DNA of 63,821 nt, counting the filler, from Chiloscyllium plagiosum (taxonomy: Eukaryota), in NCBI RefSeq assembly GCF_004010195.1. It is 4 parts of one record of this genome, joined end to end, with 100 filler letters (N's around TTAATTAATTAA, not from the genome) between each part and the next. Parts side by side here need not be neighbours in the genome. Positions count along the whole stretch, not along the records: positions 28,310 to 59,068 come from NC_057715.1; 3 more parts are not named here. One strand, given 5' to 3'. Under the pieces are notes generated by a model. That model was not told the origin of the DNA and searched no databases. It saw only the letters and a list, made by a program, of their open reading frames with translations. The stretch's first letter is position 1, and every line of letters starts with the position of its first letter. Made by a program: the position numbers and the translations under genes. Below, one piece after another: positions 35,480-49,639 of this stretch.

Positions 35480-36515
35480 TTACAACACTGTATAGGCCTT
35501 TCAGTCTTCAACGTTGTGCCAACCTTCTATCCTACTAAGATCAGACTAATCTACATATCCTTCATTGTACTAACTTCCATGTGCCTATCCAAAAGCCCCA
35601 GCTCCCTCAACCTTTCATAGAAATGCCCTCCAGTCCAGCCGGAATCCTTGTAGATCTCCTGGGCACCTTCTCTAAAGCTTCCATATCCTTCTAAAATGAA
35701 GGGACCAGAATGGAACATAATATTCCAAGTGTAGTCTAACCAGGGCTCAAGTGAGCTGCAGCATAACCTCATGGCTCTTAAATTCAATCCACTTGCTAAT
35801 GAAAGCCAACACACTAGACTTCTTCTTGACAACCCAAACAACTTGGGTGGCAACTTTGAGGGATCTCTGGACATGGACCCCAAGATCCCTCTGTTCCTCC
35901 ACATTACTAGGAATCCTGCCTTTAACCTTGTATTCTGTATTCAAATTTGACCTTCCAAACTAAATCACTTCACACTTTCAGATTGAACTCGGCATCTGCC
36001 ACTTTTCAGCCCAGTTCTGCAACCTACAATAGCCCTCCACACTATTTACCACTCCACCAACCTTTGTCATCGGCAAACTTACTAACCCACCCCTCCATTT
36101 TCTTATCCAGGTCACTTAATCACAAAAAGCAGAAATCACAGGACAGATCCCTGCAGAACACAACCTACAATAGCCCTCCACACTATTTACCACTCCACCA
36201 ACCTTTGTCATTGGCAAACTTACTAACCCACCCCTCCATTTTCTTATCCATGTCACTTAATCACAAAGAGCAGAAATCCCAGGACAGATTCCTGCAGAAC
36301 ACCACTGGTGGGCCAGCCAATTCTGTATCCAGATTTCCCTGTATCACATGCCTCCTTACTTTGAATGAGTCTGCCATGGGAAACCTTATTAAACGCCTTG
36401 CTAAAATCCATGTATACCACATCCAGTGTGCTACCTTCAATGTGTTTTGTCACATCTTCAAAGGATTCAATAGCGTCTGAGGTATGACCTGCCCCTCAAA
36501 GCCATGCTGACTATT
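35480..36515 (-). mobile_element. CR1 RT/3' fragment with an internal ~141-bp tandem duplication
   Basis: DVVYMDFSKAFNKVSHGRL, EQRDLGVHVQRSLKVATQV; 36020-36160 repeated at 36161-36301. Confidence 0.9.
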
Positions 36516-37689
36516 AAAATAAAGAAAAAGCAAGGCTGGATTAAATGCTAGCAGACATCCAAGTAGTTGACCAGCAGGGTTTTTAAAGTTCATTGATTCC
36601 TAAAATAGTGATGTCCCATCCTATCTCAGGTAATAACCAATAGAGATCAGCAGAGAGGCCAAGGCTGCTGCTGAGACTATAAGTGATGTTGAGGGGCAGC
36701 AGGCAAGGCTGGTGACTTTAAGAGTTTGGAGAGTCATGAGGTAAAAGGCACACGGAGTAGGGAAGGGCATGGTCAGGCTTTTTGGAGGTAAGGTCTGAGT
36801 CTGGCTTTCAGCTGCCACCTCCCTGCCCCAATCTTCCCTAATCTGGAGATGATGGAAGCCACTACTTACCAGACATGCTGCACAGTTTTACCAGTTGGGA
36901 AGGTTACCACTATTCCCATCTATTGGGAGCAGATAACAATGGGATGAGGCCCTTATTTGACAATTTAAAGGTACAAATTGGCAACAGGATAGATATTTGA
37001 ATCTTGGTCTTTCCCACCCAGAACCGAATTTGTCAGGTGACAGGAAGTCAGTAGGTATCTTACTCACACCAGCCTGTATGATTACCATCCCGCACCCCCC
37101 CACCACTTCTTGGAAGGGAAAATTTTTATCCAGAGATAAGGGAAGGGTCAATGTGTTCACCAAAATGATATCATTACTGAAACTGACCACATTTCTTTGT
37201 GCTAATTTCCTTTTGAAAGTCAGAAAGGCAATTATTTCCTTTCTCTGTTTTTGTTTTGGAATTGAGAGGTAAGATCAGAAGGAAATCAGTTACTGAGAGT
37301 GTGGAGAGTTGATGAACAAGGAAAAGAATGAGTGAATCAAAGGACAATCACCAACTTGCAGCCACTGTGGCTTGTAACAACCCACAATGTCAGAAAACAG
37401 ATACAGACTGAGAAGGAACAAAAAGATGTTGGAGAGCCAAACAACAGCAATGAGAAAGGTCTATCATATTCTCAGATTTATTATGCTCAACACAATAGTA
37501 GATTCAGTAATATTTACAAGGTTACATTGGAATTAATAGTAGAATGTGATGCTGTTCTTCCAGTTTGCACTGTAATTCACTGGAACACTGCAACATGCTG
37601 AGGACAGATATGTGGGCATGTGAGCAGGAAGCTGCAGTAAAATGATCGACTGTGGGAAGGTGGGGGTCTTGCTTGCACACAGACTGGAA

Positions 37690-37830
37690 GTGTTCCACAA
37701 AGCAGTCACCTCACCTGCATTTGGTTTCTCCAACATAGAGTAGGCCACATTGGATGCAGCGAATACAATACACACGATTGGAGGAGGTACAGGTGAAATA
37801 CTGCTTCACCTAGAAAGAAAGTTTAGGCCT
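37690..37830 (-). mobile_element. Penelope GIY-YIG endonuclease fragment
   Basis: Minus frame VKQYFTCTSSNRVYCIRCIQCGLLYVGETKCR*GDCF. Confidence 0.8.
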
Positions 37831-40509
37831 TTTCTTTATTATGGTAGCTGTGATTAAAGTATTTTTAGTTGTTTGCAATGAATATTGCCTTAAAGCCCCT
37901 TCTAAATCATAATCAATCCAGAAAACAATAACATTTCTTCGAAACAAGAGAAACAGCAAATTCTGGAAATCTTAATTGAAAACAGAACTTTCCATTTATC
38001 AGCATTTTGAAAATCAAGGTCAGATTAACTCTTTTGGTTGTTCCACTGTATTAAAAGTACTATTACCTTTTCTATTTTCTGTTGTAGACATATATTATTA
38101 CCAATGTTTGTTCCAATGTAGTTTGAATAGTACAATGCTGAAGTGTTTCGGATGAATAGTAGCAGAGTTGAAACATAATAAAGTTAGCATTGCCAAAAAC
38201 AGATACTGTCATGAATACATGTTCTGACAAAGTGCATAATAAAACTCAGATAAGATAATGTGCACTTGAAAATGGAAGGTCATAACATAAGAATAACATA
38301 TGAAGAACCATAATCTTTGCAACCATGACAAAAATATTTACGTTGCGATTGTGTTTAACAGAGTCTGATCTTCTAGACTGTTGTGGACCAACCTCTGGTT
38401 CTACAGCTTTTGGGAAGGTCAACTTCAAATCTACAAAGAAAGTTTAAGCATACTGTTGCAGAAAAGTGTTGAGTGTTGGGAAGAACATGAAATAACATCT
38501 TCACACCAAGGGCATATTTCAATGTGCTGTGTGACACTACCACATACTAATTGGAATAGTTTTAGAGTAGATCTACCAGATCAAAACTGTATTCATTAGT
38601 CTCTGTGAGCCATGAGCAGTGGAAAAAATATATTCAATCAATCAAAATCTTAACCTTATGGCCTGGGTTTTCCCTCTTTCTACCATTACCATCAAGTCAC
38701 TTGTTAGAAATCAGAGCAGATAACAGGTGAATTCAACTGGCTGCTTTCTCTGAACTTCATGTTGCATATGACCAAACTGCATCTCAGCCCACAATCCATC
38801 AGCTGAAGCCGCATTCACCCCTAGTCCACAGACTTTGGCATCCAGCATTTTCCAACCATCCACACCTACCAAGAACCTCTCCAATATACACGCACACCAC
38901 TTAGGGAGCATTACCTGCATTGCAAGGCACACCAGCGACTAGCTACAATAGGGTCACTTTGCATGCAGGAACAGGTAGCATCCCAGGGCTGATTGCTTGC
39001 TCTCTTAATATTTCATTCACTTATTATTACTTGCATGCTCACAACATTCCTGCTTTGCCATATAGTGCCATGCCTAATTGGAATATGTAAAACATAAACC
39101 TTAAACACCAAAGGCTATATTGATATTGATATGCTCTTCAATGCAGACCCACAGACTGCTTGTCATGCTAGTCAGTCTGAATCTGTTTTAAAGGAACTAT
39201 GTGCTGTAAGACACATTAGGGTATCAATTTACCGCATACAACATGTGCTAACTGCCTATTCAACAAAAAATACTGCATGTTTTTCAATCAAATGGTCATT
39301 CTGTAAACTGGTGGGGATAGTCAGTTCAGTCAATGAGGTGCTGTCTGTCAGGGATTCCCAGTACTATCAGTCTGCATACAGTCCAGGGCTTACCACTGTC
39401 AGTTGTCCACTTGGCATGCTCACAATAAGGATATCTGTCTGACTGTTGTCTGGGGGTGGGCAACAATCAGTTAGATGAAAGAGCTTGAATATGAGACAGC
39501 CTGAATACAGCCTCATATGAATTATTTTGCATAAAGGATAGATCAGTCAAACTGAAACAGGGCATTTATTTAAATGTACTGAGTTTTAAACGCATCTTCT
39601 ATTTTACTTCTACTGGATGCTATCTGGTGTTCACTGTTGACATGAGTCCATTGTTGATGTTCATAGCTTAGCATGGATAGTGATCAGGTACATGCATCCT
39701 TTGTGTTGCCTTAATATCATCTAGTCAAAGGGTACTTTTGGTTACCTCTGTTGCACTCAACAGATAATGTCTCTTCACTTGGATACTACCTTTAATACCC
39801 ATTGCTGCTTGTCCCAGTGGTGCCATTTCTTATGTCTAATCCAGATGTTGTTTCACTTTACTATTAGCAGCTTCAAAGTGAGCCACTAAATCTGCACTGT
39901 CATAGTCAGCAACATCAGCTATAATAGGGGGAAGCATTTCTAATTCTTCAGCTGAATGATTCCAGTGTTACAGCTTCTTTGCCTGGTGTTCCAACAGTAA
40001 GATCAGACATAGCTTGTGCCATTTTAACTGAACTTGAATGCAACGAGAAGCTGTAATTGATTTGACTCCATGTGTCCCAAGCATTAACCTGTGTTTTTGG
40101 ATTATTAGGCCACGTATTATGTCCCATCTGAAGGGAATCTCAGAGTATCACGTCCCAGAATAAAACCTGGATTGATAGATTCCCATTGTTTTGTTTCAAC
40201 AGTTGTTTACCGTGGTGGTTAATCACTCAAAGACATTCACCCAAGTCCCCAGATGTTCTTTAATCTAACTTAAGTTTAATAGACAAAGGATAGCAAAAAA
40301 AATTATATAAAAATATAAAATAAATCTTAAACACACATTAAAACATCTGAAATGAAATCAAAGTGCTGGAGAAATTCAGCAGGCCAGGTATCTGTTCCCT
40401 TAATATTTCAGCAATGAAACAAAGTTAATATTTTGAACCTGACAATTGTTCCCCAATTTTAAAACTTTTCAACCCATTGTCCAATGCTAACTTTCTACAG
40501 ATACATGTC

Positions 40510-40690
40510 AATTGTTAGAAAAACCCATCTAGTTCACCAATTGCCTTTCCTTGGGCAAGGAAATCTGTTGCCCCTTACAGTCTGGCTGACATGTAATTCC
40601 ATATCCATAGTAAAATAGCAATTAGGTTTGGGCAATAAATGTTGGCCTGGCTAGTGATGCCCACATTCCCTGAATGAATAATAAAAAAAA
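40510..40690 (+). mobile_element. SINE fragment (Meta-domain-like core, tail shared with an L2-type LINE)
   Basis: AACCCATCTAGTTCAC...AAGGAAATCTG...GGGCAATAAATG...GCCCACATTCCC..ATGAAT plus A-tail; related inverted copy at ~49120-49420; family name from recall. Confidence 0.55.
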
Positions 40691-40714
40691 ATCCCTGGGA
40701 ACTAACACATACCT

Positions 40715-40840
40715 TGATTAAAACAAAGAACTGAAATGCTGGAAATATGAAACAAAAGAAGTTATTGGAGAAACTCAGCAGGTCTGGCAGCAGCTGGAGA
40801 GAAAACAGACTTTTCTCTGCACAGATGTTGCCAGACTTAA
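40715..40840 (-). mobile_element. Penelope pLTR fragment
   Basis: ATGCTGGAAAT...GGAGAAACTCAGCAGGTCTGGCAGCA, homologous to 21370-21430; a similar remnant at ~40345-40390. Confidence 0.6.
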
Positions 40841-42004
40841 TCATATCTCAACGTCTTATTTAACTGACCCTTCCCAGTTTCTCAGACAGCCGAGACATTT
40901 TATGATTCACATCAGAGTCTGTTGGATTGAATCTTCTTTCAATTCTGATGGTGAAAACATTTTAAGTTGTGTAGCAAGAACACTATATACTCCCGTAATC
41001 TGGACCCTTCACAGACTAAACAATTGTCAGGTTGACAGGGTTCTCTAAACTGAAATCTTGATGTTTTGCTCTGAAGTTAAGACCTAAGTAATGGTTTCTG
41101 GTCTGTTGTTTACTCAGCAATATAAACATGGTAATCATTATTTTCAGAGGTGTCCCATGAGTACATGACTGAAATCTCAGGCCTTTTTGGAAATTATGGC
41201 TTTCAGTCTCTGATCCAAATGAGTTATTTGACTTTTTCCAAGTCAAAAACATAAAACTGACCACAATCCATCTGCTTATAAATGCATCTTTTATTACCAC
41301 TACATCATCTTCCTTTGGAGTCTGAACAAAGTGGATATGTGGGAAATAGGTTACTCAGTTAAGTCTCAAAATTTCAGCTACAATCTTCCAGGAATAAATG
41401 GACTGGTTGTACAATGAGCACGCATTGCATGTTCTGTTAAGTTGTACCAGTCATTGAGTGGCAAAAACCAGCCATCTTTAAAGGAATTACTAGGTCCAGC
41501 TCAAAAATGGTCCAGGCATCTTCAGGCTTTTTCTTGTAGATCCAAGATCCCAAAATGTCAGTAACCTGAAACTACTCCATCCTCCATCATCTAGCCCCCA
41601 ACAAGTCCCACTGTTGCTTCTCTCTTGCTGTAGAGAGAGATGTTCAGCAGTCCATTTCCCAGCTGTCCAGAGCAGTTGAGCTGCAGCATGCACCCATGAC
41701 ATGTCAGTGCTAATTACACTGAACATCAAAGCATTAGGGAGGAGTGATGGGTTAATTGGGCAAATTAGTTGCCCAATCACTCCGCTCCTTCTGAGCACAC
41801 TTGAAATCAACGCCAGAAAAAAACCCTGAAAGTTGGTAGCAGGGCAAAGAAAAATCAAGTAGTCAATTCACAGTGGCAAATAACTTTGTTGAAGATGAAA
41901 ACCAGATAAACAAAGCGCTATTTAGCCTTGAAAGATGGTGTGTGAAATGAATTTTTAATAGGGGGATGTAAACTGTTCATTGACATAAAAGTGTTAATTG
42001 CAGA

Positions 42005-42154
42005 AATTGCTTCAAGATAGAGGATTAAGGGTTCCAGGGAGAAGGCAGCAGAATGGGGTTGAGAAACATATCAGCCATGATTGAATGCTTGAGCAGACTC
42101 AATGGGTAGAATGGCTTAAATCTGCTCCTATGTCTTATAGTCTTATGATCTTAT
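42005..42154 (+). mobile_element. CR1 3' UTR fragment
   Basis: ATCAGCCATGATTGAATG...CTCCTATGTCTTATAGTCTTATGATCTTAT tail. Confidence 0.8.
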
Positions 42155-44631
42155 AACATACAACTTAAGAGTGTTTATTTCTTATAAAATTACTATACAA
42201 AGACATCCATGTAAATATACCTCCAATTATTACATTTACAGATCTGCATAATCTATTTTCGTAGAAAAATGGTGGAAGTAGTAAGGGTGATTAATTTTAT
42301 TTTTAACATTGTCTGAAATGGGAGTAATATTAACTGCAGGATATTCATTCTTCCATGTCAGAGGTAAAAGCAGCCAAAAGATGAACAATGTCAATTAATT
42401 CTTGGTTCTTGAGCATTTACCAATCTTATTGATGAAACAATAGACCTATAGCAATTCCATAATAGGGATATTCAGTGTATTTGTTAGGAAAGTGAAAAAG
42501 CATGAGCAATAATACTAAGAAAATTTTTAAAATACTATTATAATTCACTGGGCTCCAATTTTATTATAGTTAGTCCAAGGGACCTTAATTGTACAAAGTA
42601 TTGATGCTATTATGATCTTTCTGAAATGTGTGTATTTTTTCCTGTAAAAAAGTCACTAGAATATTTAAGATTTTAAAGTGTCCCACTCCACGATTTACCC
42701 TTTTCTAGAAACATATAGACATTGTAAACTAAGTTGAATTGAGATTGTTAATACTTAAATCCTAGAAGTTACTTTGGCAGGAGAATGAAAACACTAGCTT
42801 GATTGCTGCTTTGTCACTCAATTGTCAAAGCCTTGATTTTGACTAACGGTTTTGATGATTACGACTATTTAAACATGCCTGAAGTCATTAAAACTGTCAA
42901 CTTGCATATTTTGCTCTCATATGCTGATTAGAAGCTATTTTTGTGGACAATTACATAATAGCCCCATTCACCCATTCCCTTCAACCGTGTGCATTGCCTG
43001 ACACAGGGACCTTTCAGGGGCCTGAGCGACATGGGCTATAGCAAGATTTGTGGAAGAATGGAGTTAGAAGTCTGGTAAGTCTATTTCCAAGTCAGGAGCT
43101 TCTCACTATGTTTTATGCCTTTGACAAGCAGCAAGACAAGTTTATCATGTAGCAATAGCAAGTTGCCAATTAAGCAGGATTCTTGTTTATTAAACAGCCT
43201 ACAAATGATCCATCTCATGGAATTCATATTCAACTTAACTTTACTGACTGTGCTGAAACATCTAGATGTCAATAATTCTTCATATGGAAGTCAAGATTGT
43301 GCACCTGATGACATCAGCTCATCACTTGCTCTGAATGATATCCATGTTGGACAGTAGGCTCCAGCATTTCAGGGCATGCTGTGTGAGTACCAACCAGATG
43401 TGTTCCACATCCATGGCTAGTGGCATGTCTGACCCACATACAGGATGCTTTTGCTCTTCAATGCTGTACCTTAGGTTGCAGTCTCAACTATCATTGACAC
43501 AAAGAGGAATCTTAGCATGATTATTAGCAGGCAGGGTCGAAGTCCAAAAAATAAAAATGCATGAATGATATCAGGCCAAATATTGGGTTGGGTGACTTTT
43601 CAACCATTTATTGTAGCTACCTAAAACAACCATTTTTGAGCATTACATATATAAATGAAAGTCTTTAAGCCTGTTCCTGGCCCTTTCTACCAAACTAGAT
43701 TCCAAGAGTAGAACAGGTTCAACACCTAGAAGCCTCAGCTTCTTTATAGCTACAGCAGCCACCATTGATGGATAGTTACAAAATTAATATCTTTCAATGT
43801 TGCTTTGAAGATATAGGACTTTTTCTACTCACTGGGGTTCCAGTCAACAACTCCTATCTATTCACCCCATTACCAGTTACCCATTATTACTCTAATCAAT
43901 ACCACCTTCCAGACATACACCACAGTCAGACCTCAGGCCCTATCCTGAGCAGCAACAGGCAAGGCAGATGGCTGGAAATGTATATCTTACAATTGTTGCA
44001 TTCCTGATGGAACTCACAAGACAGGTGATCTATGTAATATCAATAAAAGTTCCAAGTGCAGTTTTAAGGTCAGGCTTGTTGTGTATGGTATTAATTCCAG
44101 GCATGAAAGTGGATCCAGAGGCATCTTAATTCCTTTTCCTATTCCATAAAGTATGTTGGTGAAAGTCAGGTACTGAAATATGAAGTCTGATTTATTAAGG
44201 AATTGAAAAATGTAATTGACCAATGTTGTTTTGTCTATTTTGCTAGAGTAAAAAGAACAGTTATGTTGCTGATCCATGGTGAGAATGTGAACTTTGTGAA
44301 GGCACAGTGTTTTAAGTATCTCACTCTGGTCACAGCAGAATGACATTTTTAGCAGAAAAACACATATTTAGGAACAAATCATATTTGAGAAGTCAGTTCA
44401 CAGGATATTTCCCATAGTATCGGTGTTTTAAATCATCAAACACTGAATCAAAGAATGCTGTAGCACAGAAGAGGACATTTGGTCCATGGTAGCTATTGAG
44501 GTTCTCTGGTAGAGCTATCCAACTAGTTCTCTCCTCTTCTCCTGTAGCACTGCAAATATTTTTCACCTGAAGAATCCATCTAACTTTCTACAACATAGAC
44601 TTCCTGGAAATGCATGTCTACAAATATATTT

Positions 44632-45488
44632 GTTATAACCAGGTGGAGAAATGAAAGTCTCCCCTCCTGCTAATCCCCTCTTGGTCAATCACAAGAAAAT
44701 ATTGTTTTTTGGCATGTTGCTATCACATTTCAATTGAACTTAGTTAACCAGATCACACAGCAAGGAGAGTCAATTGCAAGATTTCCCATTATCAATATTT
44801 TTCCCAAGAGGGTAATGTTTTATTACAAATTCAACCTAAGAAGAAAACAAAACAAGCCCACATGCACAACACACTAAGCATAAAAAGGGAGAGAGCAGGG
44901 TACGTACACACATAGGAAGGTACAGTAATTGGTGGTTAAAAGTTTTTAGAAGCCCTTAATTTGCCAGAGTGAAACCAGAATTACAATGGTCTTCCTATTG
45001 CCTCGTTTCCTCAGGAGTGGTGAACCTTGTGAGAAGCCCATTTTCCAAACTGCTTTATTATCACTGATTTCTGAGACTGAGAGAAAGTGAAAGCAAAGCT
45101 TTGAGCATCTTTGCTGTTACTTGTCCATATTTCTTTGTTTGATGGAAAGCTACTGTATATGCCATTCCTTTGCAGATTCTGATGGCTGTCTCATTGTTTC
45201 TTCCTAAGCTGGATTGTAGATTGCAACCTGTCATTGAGATAAGTGCATTTATAATGCAAGTGTAACTAAAACACGATTTGAAATTGTTGTTCCTTCAGAA
45301 TTTCAATGCCTTGTGATTAAAATGGTAATTCTGTTCTCTCCAGTCTCATGTGAGTTACCTGGTGACCTTAGCAGCATTTTAGGGCAAAACTGTCCTTTTT
45401 AAAAAGTTTAGTCTATGAAAGGCTCAGGTTGTAAAGACAAATGGTGAAAGATGAATATTGATAGACAATTTTTCCTTAATTGTAACTA
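44632..45488 (-). mobile_element. Possible solo LTR
   Basis: TGTTA...TAACT termini with ATAT-like flanks and an internal TTTATT (minus-strand polyA signal); no coding remnants. Confidence 0.3.
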
Positions 45489-48249
45489 TATATGTTTTTT
45501 TTCTAATATAATACCTCAAGCAAAAATATGGCATATTGTTTTGCAAACTTTCATTATCTAATTAAAATTCAATATCTCCTAAATAGAATCATAGTTTGAC
45601 AGCATTTTGCAGTAATGGCTCTTTTGAAATGGTTCATTGGGAGCTAAGATTTCCCTTCACCACTAAGTAAAAGCCTTAAAAGCATTTATTGCAGTGCTAT
45701 AATGGTTTAAATCTTCCAGTGTCTGGATTGCCAGAGATTTGATGTGACCCATGATGTGGGCTGATACAGTCTTGATCGAAATTGTCCTGGATGCTTAAAG
45801 TGCCTGGGGGCAATCCCCACACTTCCTGGGATGCTCACAAAAGATCTTCAACTCAGTTAGAATCAGAGATTTCAGACAGTTCCACAGTCAGTCCTTCAAT
45901 AATGTGATGGCTGCGTTCTTGTACAACTCTGCATTTTCTTTTAAAAAAACACCCTTCAGAAATAACAAAGTGTTAGTGCTGTAATCATGTTACAACTAAT
46001 GCATTTTAAAAATTCACGCTTTAGAAACAGCATCCAATTTGTCAATCATGTTACAGCGAATTTGCACTGAGGAAATGCTCATAATAGTAGAATGACTTGT
46101 ACTTTAACTACCTGAACAGTTCAGGAATTAGAGATGGAAAATTCCTAGCCTAAATCCTGGCTAACTGTAGAACTAACCTTAAACTATGACTCCTGACTGT
46201 GTCCCTGTCCATCCATCTCCCCAGTAATTTGAGTTGACCCAACTCCCTCACCAATACTCCCATCTTGCCCAGTCACCCACTATCAACAACCTGACCTAAT
46301 TAACCCCAATTTCTTCTCCCAGCCCTCTCTATCCCAGACTCTCCCAAACTGGGCCCCACTCCAAACAAAATCTCAATCAAGCTCCCCCCAATTTCCACCC
46401 ATGATCCCTGGTGACATCTCCTCAACATGAGTTAAAAACCCTACCAACCCAACTACCCATGCCATCCATCTGTTGCCCTACCCTATCATTAACCTATCCA
46501 CCCCATCACTCTGTTGCTGTACCATCTTTTCATCTTATCACCTTGCCACCTAAGCACCCTGACATTCCACCCACATGCCACCCTGTCCCTTTACCGACTT
46601 ACTTCATACACCTACCCCATTACTCAACTATTTTTTTACCATATCTTTTCAAAGAACATTTGAGGAATGTTTAGACAAAAAGAGTCTGAACCCTTTTATC
46701 CAGTCTTGTTCATAAGACCTAAGCTAATTTTTTTTTGAAACATTATTGAATACATTTTGCAACTGATAACCTTGAACTATCTTAAAATCAGCAGCCAAGT
46801 CAACACTTGCATAGATATCAGTTCATTGTTAATTCTCTCTTTTCACTTAATTTGCTCTAAGATAGCTTCCATTTTCACATAAGAGTACAGCAATTCATCA
46901 GTAATTTGATCTTTTACTGCAGAATGTATATGTGTTTTTTACTAAAGCGTTCTTAATTTGTTAAATTACCACTCCCAAACAAAATATTCTTCAATAGCTG
47001 TTAGACAACTCATAACTTGACATCTCCCCCATTTGAAAAAGTAGATGACAATTCTTTTCTGTATCACCCAACATCATCACACAATAATCTAGAAGAAACA
47101 TTCAATGTATTGAATGGAATGCCTCACCTAGCAGTAAATGAGTAGTCACCAAAAATCAATGAGGTATCAGGATTGGTGGGTTGGAACATTATTCCCGGTA
47201 GGACAAACTGACAACAGCTAAGTGTCGTAAACATGAATTTCTTAAAGATGATAAATGACTAGCATGATTGTATCATTTTACTCATTTTTAAATACTGTAA
47301 AACTGTGGAGCTTACTTTAAAATTTCAAAGTTTGGAAGGAAAGGTTTCTTTTTAATTTTCTTAAATTATGTCTCCTTTCCCATAGGGCTCAGTCTTCAAT
47401 CAAATTTTGGTTCAGATACCACAAACCTGGAAATTATTCAACTATGAATGCTATGTATCCAAGATATATTCAGTTAATTTTATGTAACCTATGGCAAACA
47501 GTCTCATGAGAAGTGTATATGTTGTTTGACCTGATATATTTCAAAATGACTTGAGGAAATAATTTGAAGAATAACAATTAATTTCGACTAGCCTCTGTAT
47601 CATTAGGTGTCAAATGGACAGTGTGTCCTTCAGTCATTCATTCACCTTCAGAATGTGACTGTCATATCTACATTCTGATATGGCACTGATTCTAATCAGT
47701 GATTTCTTTTATAGGCCTTTAAGCGAAAAGAAACTGCTGATGAAGACCATAAAAATAAATGAGCCTTATCGCTTCTCAGCGTCTTAGTGCTTCCCTAAAT
47801 TTTCGGAGAGAGCTGGAATGGCAGACAATGACTCAGAGCTGTGTGTCTGCAAGATAATGAAAAAAATAAATGTATCCACAAAAGCAATTGTCAGCCATGC
47901 ATTAATGAGCTGGAGTGTTGACTGCTCTTGATGTGATGTTATTAATTTATATAATAGGTGTGAAGAAAAGCTGCTGTTCCTTCTTAACCTTACAACCATA
48001 ATTCTGATTGTTGGCAGCTGCAAGTCTGTCATCCCTTTGATATTCTGCTGCCTGTGTTTTTTGTATGTGTTATCTTGCAAAATATTACGTATTGAAGTTA
48101 AGTCTTATCTTGTCCTGATTTTAAACAAGTGAAAAATAGGCAATTTAGAGAATAATGAAAGGGATTTCAGGATATAAAATAGATAAGAATTAGAGAAATC
48201 AAGAGTTCTGAGAAGACAGGGGAAGAGACAGGTCGAGCCATGATAGAGT

Positions 48250-49420
48250 TTTTCTGACTCATCGCGGGATATGAGTATAGTTGCTGCGGCCAGCCTTTAT
48301 CCCTGAAGATGAGAAGGGAAATGCCTTTTGAACTATTATATCTGACATAATTTGTGTTTATTCACAGTGCTATTAAATGTGGCAATTCCAGGAATTTGCC
48401 ACTCCTTCAATGTTGTAAAGACAATATCGTTCCAAATCAGGATGGTGTGTGGTTTGAAATGAAACTTCTAGATGGTAGGTCTTCGATGTATCTGTTGCCT
48501 TACTCTTTCTAAGAGAGAGAAATCAGGAGTTTGGAAAGTACTGTCAGAGGAGTCTTAGTGAATTGCTGCATTGCAGCATGTGGATGGTACACAGCTGCCA
48601 TTGTGCACCTGGAGTGAAGGGAGTTAAATGTTTTCAAAGAATGCAATACTGATCAGTTAGACAGGTTGAATTGACATGGATGGAATTGAGTTCCTGCAGT
48701 GCTACCGGAGCTGTGCTCATCCAGGCAAGTGGGGAATATTTCATCACATTCCTGATTTGTGTTTGGAAAATGTAGAGCAAGCTTCGAGGCTTCTTGATTG
48801 GAGAGTTTGTCACAGAATAATTTCCAGCCTTTAACCTGGTCTTGTAATGACAGTGTGATCCTGCTGAGTTTCTGGCTAATAGTGACACCTAGAGTATTAG
48901 GGTGTATGATTCAATGGCATCGAACCTCAAGGGGAAATGTACAGAATTACTCTTCTTGAAATTGGACATTACCTGAGCCTTTGAGACCTCAATGCCACTT
49001 GTCACTTCTCAGCCCTGTTTTATCATGTTTATGGGATCATATTCTTCCACTCTCCTGAAGTACTGCTTCAAGTCCTTGGTATATTTTATGATTTTTTTTT
49101 TAATCTAAGATTTATATTTTACTTTATTCATGGAAAGTAAGCTCACTAGTGAGGCCAGTATTTATTGCTGATCCCTAATTGCTCTGAGGACAGTTAGGGG
49201 TTGACCCCATTACTTTGGGTCTGGTGTCATATGTAAGCCAGACCAAGATTTCATTCTATAAAGGATGGTAACGAGGTAATACTTTTATGCAAATCAGCAG
49301 TAATCACATGATCACCATTAAGCCAGTTTTCAATTTGGGATTTATTGAATTCAAATTTTACCATTTCCCATGGCAAAATTCAAGCCGATGTTCCCAGAAC
49401 ATACTGCAATTCTGGATCAT
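48250..49420 (-). mobile_element. Old L2/CR1-clade LINE 3' part plus a related SINE
   Basis: QIRNVMKYSPLAWMSTAPVALQELNSIH (RT C-terminal YxxLVR.xMEY-type motif); similar remnants at ~56890-57190 and ~63220-63330. Confidence 0.6.
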
Positions 49421-49639
49421 TAATGACCTCTCCCAAATTATATCAAGATTCTGTTTGAGATTCTGCTCTCTTCCACCTCTTTCTAATCATGTGAATCTGA
49501 CATAATACATCATATTATTTATTCTTCTGATTTTAATCTCATTACTTTATAGTTCCTTTTTTTCTCCTTATGAAGATCATCCCCAAGTCTCAGACTTCAC
49601 AGGGTTAGTTTCCTAGTTCTTGGATAGATCTCCCTCACT

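Noticed and set aside
46200..46640. Pro/His-rich ORF 46411-46674
   Set aside because: By-product of a C-rich low-complexity tract
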